A DNA stretch of 34,474 nt from Macrostomum lignano (Eukaryota). The stretch covers positions 1 to 34,474 of the forward strand of contig NIVC01003705.1 of assembly GCA_002269645.1 (NCBI GenBank), written 5' to 3'. Below, in pieces: positions 22,842 through 32,227 of this stretch (position 1 is its first letter; each line of letters starts with the position of its first letter). A program made the translations under genes and the position numbers. The notes beneath the pieces are model-generated. The model was not told the origin of the DNA. It searched no databases and saw only the letters and a list, made by a program, of their open reading frames with translations.

Positions 22842-23300
22842 GCTATTATTGAATTTATAAATGAGATTGTAGCACTTATATAATTCAACACTCACTAACG
22901 AAGCAGTTATGACATAATCAATTTCCCAGGCAAGTCAGTATCAGTCTCAATTAAAGTTGACAATATGGTTACGCAATCTAAATCACGTCTGGTGCTACGC
23001 TTCCACACTGCATTTTCAATACTGTGACGCAATTCAAGTCGGAGTTACAATTCATTTATGATGCAATCTATTTCAGAATCAGAATTCAACCAGTCAGTTT
23101 TTTCTCTAGCATTCTTACAATGCATTTCAAGTCGAAAAGTTTGCTTGACCTTTGCAAAAAAGCATGTTTTTCGAATATTTAATCCCTTTAACATGGAGCA
23201 ATTTCTTAGCCAAGATGCATGTACCGTCACGGGAAAATTTCTGATCGAACAGTGCAAGTCTCATGAAAATCGGTTAAGCCATTTTTTCTCTAATCGATTA

Positions 23301-23324
23301 CAAGCAAGCAAGCAAGCAAGCAAG
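23301..23324. repeat. (CAAG)6 microsatellite near the 5' end of A1
   Basis: Six copies here, three at the same place in A2 (25723-25734), and an (ACCT)/(ACAT) tract at the same place in B1 (about 31360-31386). Confidence 0.9.
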
Positions 23325-24479
23325 ATTTTCATTTTTAGTATATAGGACTAGCAATCAGCGCCCCCCGTTGGGGAGCCAAAAAATACAGCACAAGTTTTTT
23401 AATAAACTACATATAAGCGTCTCTTTGCATTATACCTCAGCAACCCCTTGTAAGCCTTGACATGCCAGCAATTCCTCCCCCCCACAAGCCTTAGCATATC
23501 AACTCCCCCTTGACATCTTAGCAATTCCCCCCATAAGCCTTGAAATCTTAAAAAATCTGTTAACCTTCTAAACCTAACCCTAACCCTAACCCTAACCTTA
23601 AAGCATTGACATTTCAGTAATTCTCTCCGAGAGTCATTATAGCACTACAGCATTATAGCGATTCCCTGCAAGCCTCGACATCGTAGGGATTCCCAAATGA
23701 ATCTCTTAACTTCGACATGAAGCTTCTTTTATTTTTTACATTACACTTTATCTATCAGCGATCCTTCCCGTGAAGAGCCAACAAATAATGAAAACATTTT
23801 TCAATAAACTACATCATCTACATGTAGCTTGTGAATTTAGCCTTGACATCTCGGTTATTCCCCCGTGAGCCTTGACATCTCAGCTATTCCCCCCGTAAGC
23901 CTTGTCATGTTAGCGATGCCCCCCATAAACCTTGATATCTGAAAAATCCCCTGGTTATCTTGAAACCCGCTAAAATCTAACCCTCAACCCAAACCTGACC
24001 TAAACCTAACTTTAACCCAACCTAAAGCCTTGAATCTCAGCAATTCTTCTCCCCTAAGCCTTGACATTTTAGTGATTCCTTATTTAAGAATCACAGCACC
24101 ATAGCGATTCCCTCCAAGCCTTGGCATCGTAGCAATTCCCAAATGAATCTTTTAACTTTGACATAATGACTCTTCTTTTATGTACACATAGTGCTTCTTC
24201 TCTTTTTTACATGACTCTTCTTCTATCAGCGCCCCCTCCCCCGTAGCGAGCCAACAAAGAATGTAATAAAAAATTGAGTAAACTACATGTACTTTGAAGT
24301 AGCTTCTGACGTTTGCTACTTTGCTTCTCTGGCATCTCAGAAACCGCCTCCCCATAATCTCAGTTATTCTCCGTGAGCCTTGACATCTTAGTAATTCTCC
24401 CCAGCACAGCACAATAGCTTCTTTTAATTTTTACATGACACTTCTTTCATGTCTGACATGACGCTTCTTTTATTCTTCC

Positions 24480-25146
24480 ATGACGCTTCTATGATTTCTC
24501 AAATGACACTTCCATTAGTTTTTATATGAGGCTTCTATGATTGTTTATATGACGCTTCTTTGATTTTTACATGACGCTTCTACGATTGTTTGCATGACGC
24601 TTCCATGATTTTTTCATGTCGCTTCTATGATTTTTATATAACGCTTCTATGATTGTTTACATGACGTTTCTTTGATTGTTTACATGACGCTTCTATGATT
24701 TTTATAAGACGCTTCTACGATTTTTTACATGACGCTTCTATGATTGTTTTCATGACGCTTCTATGATTTTTTACATGACGCTTCTATGATTTTTACATGA
24801 CGCTTCTATGATTTTTTCATGACGCTTCTATGATTTTTACATGACGCTTCTACGATTGTTTGCCTGACGCTTCTATGATTGTTTGCATGACGCTTCTATG
24901 ATTGTTTACATGACGCTTCTATGATTTTTACATGACGCTTCTATGATTGTTTACATGACGCTTCTATGATTGTTTATATGACGCTTCTTTGATTTTTACA
25001 TGACGCTTCTATGATTGTTTACAATACGCTTCTATGATTTTTTACATGACACTTCTATGATTGTTTACATGACGCTTCTATGATTGTTTGCATGACGCTT
25101 CTATGATTTTTACATGACGCTTCTATGATTTTTACATGACGCTTCT
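24480..25146. repeat. Same 23-bp CATGACGCTTCTATGATT minisatellite, about 29 units, more degenerate
   Basis: Direct tandem repeat with frequent 22-bp variants. Confidence 0.95.
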
Positions 25147-25191
25147 TTTTAAAAAGTCTTTTAGTTTTCCTGACGTTGAAAAGCTTTAATT

Positions 25192-25266
25192 AAAAAAATT
25201 ATACTCTATGAAAATTCGAACCACCGTCGCTGCATTTAGCAGTTCAGTTTGTTCACCTCTAGGCTA
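25192..25266 (-). promoter_or_regulatory. tRNA-derived Pol III-type cassette in A2
   Basis: TAGCCTAGAGG (25266-25256), GGTTCGAATT (25222-25213), T7 run (25198-25192). Confidence 0.55.
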
Positions 25267-25899
25267 GCTCTCATCGTTTTGATAACATCAAATTTTGCAC
25301 TTATATAATTCAACACTTTAAAATCCAAGCATAGAGTAAATCACACGAAGCAGTTATGACATAATCAGTTTCTCAGTCAGTCAGTATCAGTTAACAATTA
25401 TGGTTACGCAATTTAAATCAAGTCTGGTGCTACGCTTCCACACTGCATTTTCAATTCAAGTCGGAGTTACAATTCAGTTATGATGCAATCTATTTCAGAA
25501 TCAGAATTCAACCAGTCAGTTTTTTCTCTAGCATTCTTACAATGCATTTCAAGTCGAAAAGTTTGCTTGACCTTTGCAAAAAAGCATGTTTTTCGAATAT
25601 TTAATGCCTTTAGCATCGAGCAATTTCTTAGCCACGATGCATGTACAGTCACGGGAAAATTTCTGATCGAACAGTGCAAGTCTCATAAAAATCGGTAAAG
25701 CCATTTTTTCTCTAATCGATTACAAGCAAGCAAGATTTTCATTTTTAGTATATTGGACTAGCAATCTTCGCCCCCCGTTGGGGGACATCTGTATAGAACC
25801 TCTGTTCTCTACAAGTAACAAAAAGATAGCCAAAAAAGCCTTCGCAAAGAAAACAGACAAAATACTCAAAGGAAGTGCAATGCAAAAAGAAATCATTCC

Positions 25900-26334
25900 A
25901 AGACAGCAAGCATCCCCCAGATAGCAAGCATCCTCCAGATTGCAAGCAACCCCCGGATAGCAAGCATCCCCCAGATAGCAAGCATCCCCCAGATAGCAAG
26001 CATCCCCCAGATAGCAAGCATCCTCCAGATTGCAAGCAACCCCCGGATAGCAAGCATCCCCCAGATAGCAAGCATCCCCCAGATAGCAAGCATCCCCTAG
26101 ATAGCAACCATCCCCAGATAGCAAGCATCCCCCAGATAGCAAGCATCCCTCAGATAGCAAGCATCCCCCAGATAGCAAGCATCCCCCAGATAGCAAGCAT
26201 CCCTCAGATAGCAAGCATCCCCCAGATAACAAGCATCCCCCAGATAGCAAGCATCCCCCAGATAGCAAGCATCCCCCAGTTAGCAAGCATCCCCTACATA
26301 GATAGCATCCCCAAATAGCAAGCATCCACCAGAC
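25900..26334. repeat. 18-bp minisatellite CAGATAGCAAGCATCCCC, about 24 units
   Basis: Period 18 (gives PPDSKH / IASIPQ ORF-track repeats), with occasional 17-bp units. Confidence 0.97.
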
Positions 26335-26421
26335 AATAAGTAGCTAGTGCGACAATTTCCTTAGCATTATAGTGGCTCCTTTAAAATTCGCTTACTTTTA
26401 CGTTTGAAATTGTGTAAATTT

Positions 26422-29400
26422 TATGTTTGACATGGTGGCTCTTTTATGTTCTACATGGCAACTCTTTTATGTTTGAAACAATGGCTTTTTAATGTCTGAC
26501 AGGGTGGCTCTTTTATGTTTGACATGGTGGCTCTTTATTGTTTGACATGGTGGCTCTTTAATGTTTAACCTGGTGGCTCTTTTATGTTTGACACAGTGGC
26601 CCTTTAATGTTCGACAAAGTGGCTATTTAATGTTTGACAAGGTGGCTTTTAAATGTTTGACATGGTGGCTCCTTAATGTTCGAAATGGTGGCTCTTTAAT
26701 GTATGACATAAAGACACATATAAATGTTTGACATGGTGGCTCTTTATTGTTTGACATAGTGGCTCTTTAATGATCGACAAAGTGGCTCTTTAATGTTCTT
26801 CATGGTATAGCTCTTTTATGTTCGACATGGTGGCTCTTAAATGTTTGACATGGTGGCTCTTTAATGTTAGAAATGGTGGCTCTTTTGTTTGACATGGTGG
26901 CTCTTTAATATTCTACATTGTGGCTCTTAAGTGTTCGAAATGGTGGATCTTTTAGGTTTGACATGATGGCTGTTTAATGTTTGACATGGTAGCTCTTTTA
27001 TGTTGACATGGTAGCTCTTTTAGGTTTGACATGGTGGCTTTTTAATGTTCAGTATGATGGCTCTTTAATGTTCAACATAGTGGCTCTTTAATATTCTACA
27101 TGGTGGCTCTTTTATGTTTAACATGGTGGCTCTTTTGTTTTACATGGTGGCTCTTTAATGTTTTACATTGTGGCTCTTAAGTGTTCGACATGGTGGCTCT
27201 TTTAGGTTTGACATGGTGGCTCTTTTATATTCTACATTTTAGCTCTTAAATTTTCGACATGGTGGCTCTTTTTGGTTTGACATGGTGGCTCTTTTATGCT
27301 TGATATGGTGGCTCTTTAATGTTTAACATGGTGACTTTTAATGTTAGACATGGTGGCTCTTTAATGTTCGACATGGTGGCTCTTTGATATTCGACAGGGT
27401 GGCTCTTAAATGTTTGATATGGTGGCTCTTTATGTTTGACATGTTGGCTCTTTTGTGTTTGACATGGTGGCTCTTTCATGTTTGACATGGTGGCTCTTTT
27501 TTGTTCGAAATGGTGGCTCTTTTTTGTTCTACATAGTAACTCTTATATCTGATACGGTGGCTTTTTTAATGTCTGACATGTTGGCTCTTTTATGTTCAAA
27601 ATGGTGGCTCTTTTATGTTTGACATGGTGGCTCTTTAATGATTGACATGGTGGCTCTTTTATGTTCGACATGGTGGCTCTTTAATGTTCGAAATGGTGGC
27701 TTTTTAATGTTCAAAATAGTGGCTCTTTAATGTCAGACATGGTGGCTCTTTAATGTTCGACATAGTGGCTCTTTAATGTTAGACATGGTGGCTCTTCTAT
27801 GTTTGACATGGTGGCTCTTCTATTTTTGACATGGTGGCTCTTTAATGTTCGACATGGTGGTCCTTTAATTTTTGACATAGTGGCTCTTTACTGTTAGACA
27901 TGGTGGCTCTTTAATGTTCGATACGGTGGCACTTTAATGTTTGACATCATGCCAGATTTATGTTAGACATGGTGGCTCTTTAATGTTCGACATGGTGGCT
28001 CTTTTAGGTTTGACATGTTGGCTCTTTAATGTTCGATATGGTGGCACTTTAATGTTTGACATCATGCCAGATTTATGTTTGACATGGTGGCTCTTTAATG
28101 TTCGACTTGGTGGCTCTTTTAGGTTTGACATGGTGGCTCTTTAATGTTCGACATGGTGGTTCTTTAATGTTCTACATGGTGGCCCTTTAATGTTCGACAT
28201 GGTGGCTCTTTACTGTTAGACATGGTGGCTCTTTAATGTTCGATATGGTGGCACTTTAATGTTTGACATCATGCCAGATTTATGTTTGACATGGTGGCTC
28301 TTTAATGTTCGACATGGTGGCTCTTTTAGGTTTGACATGGTGGCTCTTTAATGTTCGACATGGTGGTTCTTTAATGTTCGACATGGTGGCTCTTTTATGT
28401 TCTACATGGTGGCCCTTTAATGTTCGACATGGTGGCTCTTTAATGTTCGATATGGTGGCACTTTAATGTTTGACATCATGCCAGATTTATGTTTGACATG
28501 GTGGCTCTTTTCTGTTAGACATGGTGGGTCTTTTTGGTTTGACATGATGGCACTTTTATGTTTTGACATGGCGGCTCTTTAATGTTTTACATGGTGGCTC
28601 TTTAATGTTCGACATGGTGGCTCTTTAATGTTCGACATGGTGGCTCTTTAATGATTGACATGGTGGCTCTTTTATGTTCGACATGGTGGCTCTTTAATGT
28701 TCGAAATGGTGGCTTTTTAATGTTCAAAATAGTGGCTCTTTTATGTCAGACATGGTGGCTCTTTAATGTTCGACATAGTGGCTCTTTAATGTTAGACATG
28801 GTGGCTCTTCTATGTTTGACATGGTGGCTCTTCTATTTTTGACATGGTGGCTCTTTAATGTTCGACATGGTGGTCCTTTAATTTTTGACATAGTGGCTCT
28901 TTACTGTTAGACATGGTGGCTCTTTAATGTTCGATACGGTGGCACTTTAATGTTTGACATCATGCCAGATTTATGTTAGACATGGTGGCTCTTTAATGTT
29001 CGACATGGTGGCTCTTTTAGGTTTGACATGTTGGCTCTTTAATGTTCGATATGGTGGCACTTTAATGTTTGACATCATGCCAGATTTATGTTTGACATGG
29101 TGGCTCTTTAATGTTCGACTTGGTGGCTCTTTTAGGTTTGACATGGTGGCTCTTTAATGTTCGACATGGTGGTTCTTTAATGTTCTACATGGTGGCCCTT
29201 TAATGTTCGACATGGTGGCTCTTTACTGTTAGACATGGTGGCTCTTTAATGTTCGATATGGTGGCACTTTAATGTTTGACATCATGCCAGATTTATGTTT
29301 GACATGGTGGCTCTTTAATGTTCGACATGGTGGCTCTTTTAGGTTTGACATGGTGGCTCTTTAATGTTCGACATGGTGGTTCTTTAATGTTCGACATGGT

Positions 29401-30800
29401 GGCTCTTTTATGTTCTACATGGTGGCTCTTTAATGTTCGATATGGTGGCACTTTAATGTTTGACATCATGCCAGATTTATGTTTGACATGGTGGCTCTTT
29501 TCTGTTAGACATGGTGGGTCTTTTTGGTTTGACATGATGGCACTTTTATGTTTTGACATGGCGGCTCTTTAATGTTTTACATGGTGGCTCTTTAATGTTC
29601 GACATGGTGGCTCTTTAATGTTCGACATGGTGGCTCTTTAATGTTTGAACTGGTGGCTCTTTAATGTTTGACATGGTGGCTCTTTAATGTTCGACATGGT
29701 GGCTCTTTAATGTTTGACATAAAGTCACATATATGTTTGACATGGTGGCTCTTAAATGTTTGACATAGTGGCTCTTTAATGTTCGACATGGTGGCTCTTA
29801 AATGTTTGACATGGTGGCTCTTTAATATTCTACATGGTGGCTCTTTTATGTTCCACATGGTGGCTCTTTAATGTTCTTCATGGTATAGCTCTTTTATGTT
29901 AGACATGGTGGCTCTTTAATGTTCGACATAGTGGCTTTTTAAGGTTTGAAATGGTAACTCTTTAATGTTTGACATAAAGTCACATATATGTTTGACATGG
30001 TGGCTCCTAAATGTTTGACATGGTGGTTCTTTATGTTTGACATGGTGGCTCTTTTATTTTCGACATGGTGGCTCTTTTATGTTTAACATGGTGGCTCTTT
30101 AATGTTCGACAAAGTGGCTCTTTAATGTTTGACATGGTGGCTCTTAAATGTTTGACATGGTGGCTCTTTAATGTTCGACATGGTGGCTCTTTAATGTTCG
30201 AAATGGTGCTCTTAAATGTTCGACATGGTGGCTCTTTAATGTTTGACATGGTGGCTTCTAATTGTTTGACATGGTGGCTCTTAAATGTTCAAAATGGTGC
30301 TCTTTAATGTTCGAAATGGTGGCTCTTTAATGTTCGAAATGGTGGCTCTTAAATGTTCAAAATGGTGGCTCTTTAATGTTCGAAATGGTGGCTCTTTAAT
30401 GTTCGAAATGGTGGCTCTTTATGTTTGACATGGTGGCTCTTTTATGTTCGACATGGTGGCTCTTTTATGTTTGACATGGTGGCTCTTTATGTTTGACATG
30501 GTGGCTCTTTTATGTTTGACATGGCGGCTCTTTTATGTTTGACATGGTGGCTCTTTTATGTTCGACATGGTGGCTCTTTTATGTTTGACAGGGTGGCTCT
30601 TAAATGTTCGACATGGTGGCTCTTTTATGTTTGACAGGGTGGCTCTTAAATGTTTGACATGGTGGCTCTTTAATGTTCTTCATGGTGGCTCTTCAATATT
30701 CTACATGGTGGCTCTTTAATGTTCGACATGGTGGCTCTTCTATGTTTGATATGGTAACTCTTTTATGTTCGATATGTTGGCTCTTCTATGTTTGACATTG
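26422..30800. repeat. 23-bp minisatellite GACATGGTGGCTCTTTAATGTT(C/T), about 190 units
   Basis: Direct tandem repeat, period 23, with recurrent variant monomers such as GACATCATGCCAGATTTATGTT. Confidence 0.97.
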
Positions 30801-30849
30801 CGCTTCTTTGATGTTTAGCAGTTTTGTTGTGTTTTTAAGGTGTTTTAAT

Positions 30850-30925
30850 AAAAAATCTTTTTGCACTACTAAGATTCGAACCCAGGTCGCTACATTAGCA
30901 TTCCAGTCTGTTCGCATCAGGGCTA
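30850..30925 (-). promoter_or_regulatory. tRNA-derived Pol III-type cassette in B1
   Basis: TAGCCCTGATG (30925-30915), GGTTCGAATC (30882-30873), T6 run (30855-30850). Confidence 0.6.
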
Positions 30926-31554
30926 TCTCTTTTCAATTGGAGAACATGAATTGTGGCCCTTATAATTCAATTCTTACAGCAAGTCAATTGAGTAAAAAGT
31001 TATGACATAATCAATTTCTCAGTCAGCCAGTATCAGTCTCAATTCAAGTTAGCAATATGGTTACGCAATTTAAATCAAGTCGTGTGTGCATTTTCGGCAC
31101 TGTTTTCAACTTGTTGTGATGCAATCTTTATCACAATCGGAATTCAGTCAGTCAGTTTTTTCTAGCATTCTTACAATGCATTTCAGGTCGAAAGAGCTGC
31201 TTGACCTTTGCAAAAAAAGCATGTTTTTGGAATATTTAATCCCTTTAACATTGAGCAATTTCTTAGCCAAGATGCATGTACCGTCCCAGGAAAATTTCTG
31301 ATCGAATGGTGCAAGTTTGAAGATAATCGGTTGAGCCAATTTTTCTGAAATCTATCGCATACCTACCTACCCACATACATACATACAGACAACTCATTTT
31401 TAGTATATAGGACTAGCAATCTTCGCCCCCCGATGGGGGACATCTGGATAGAATCTCTGTTCTCTACAATTAACAAAAAGACAGCCAAAAAATCCTTCAC
31501 AAAGACAACAGACAAACTGCTCAAATGAAGTGAATTGCAATAAGAAATCTTCCC

Positions 31555-32130
31555 AAGACCACAAGCATCCCCAGATAGCAAGCATCCTCCAGATAGCAAG
31601 CATTCTCCCAGATAGCAAGCATTTCCCAGATAGCAAGCATCCCCAAGATAGCAAGCATCCTCCAGATAGCAAGCATCCCCAGATAGCAAGCATCCCCCAG
31701 ATAGCAAGCATCCCCCAGATAGCAAACATCCCCCAGATAGCAAGCATTCCCCAGATAGCAAAGCATTCCGCAGATAGCAAGCATCCCCCAGATAGCAAGC
31801 ATCCCCAAGATAGCAAGCATCCCTCAGATAGCAAGCATACCCCAAGATAGCAAGCATCCCTCAGATAGCAAGCATACCCCAGATAGCAAGCATCCCCAGA
31901 TAGCAAGCATCACTCAGATAGCAAGCATCCCTCAGATAGCAAGCATCCACCAGATAGCAAGCATCCCCAGATAGCAAACATCCCCCAGATAGCAAGCATC
32001 CCCCAGATAGCAAGCATTCCCCAGATAGCAAGCATTCCCCAGATAGCAAGCATCCCCAGAAAGCAAGCATCCTCCAAATAGCAAGCATCCCCAAGTAGAT
32101 AGCATCCCCAAATAGCAACCATCCACCAGA
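31555..32130. repeat. 18/17-bp CAGATAGCAAGCATCCCC minisatellite, about 32 units
   Basis: Direct tandem repeat with mixed 17- and 18-bp units. Confidence 0.96.
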
Positions 32131-32227
32131 CAATAAGTAGCTAGAGCGACAATTTCCTTAGCTTTATAGTGGCTCCTTTAAATTGCATGGCGCTTTATAC
32201 CTTTACATTTGAAATTGGATATCTTGA

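Larger units (their letters stand above)
19605..23347 (-). mobile_element. Non-autonomous Helitron-like element A1 (3743 bp)
   Basis: On the minus strand: 5' TC at 23347-23346 and 3' CTAG at 19608-19605 followed by T (19604). GC hairpin CGCCCC-CCGTA-GGGGCG at 19616-19632, about 8 nt from CTAG. No TIR, TSD or RepHel ORF. Confidence 0.8.
23348..25757 (-). mobile_element. Non-autonomous Helitron-like element A2 (2410 bp)
   Basis: CTAG at 23348-23351 directly abuts the TC end of A1. TC end at 25757-25756. Homologous to A1 in the 3' module, 23-bp array, tRNA-like cassette and 5' block. Confidence 0.8.
25758..31412 (-). mobile_element. Non-autonomous Helitron-like element B1 (5655 bp)
   Basis: CTAG at 25758-25761 abuts the TC end of A2. 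Hairpin CCCCC-GTT-GGGGG at 25772-25784. TC end at 31412-31411. The 5' block and tRNA-like cassette are homologous to the A type; the 3' region and satellites differ. Confidence 0.8.

Noticed and set aside
22789-22848. Functional tRNA gene (Cys-like CTGCAAA loop)
   Set aside because: The acceptor stem does not pair and the anticodon region differs between copies.
23045-31339. Recurrent 60-95 aa ORFs (MHCSIRNF..., MMQSISES..., MAQPIIFK...) as Helitron proteins
   Set aside because: They lie in the conserved 5' block, show no Rep or helicase motifs, and their starts and stops differ between copies.
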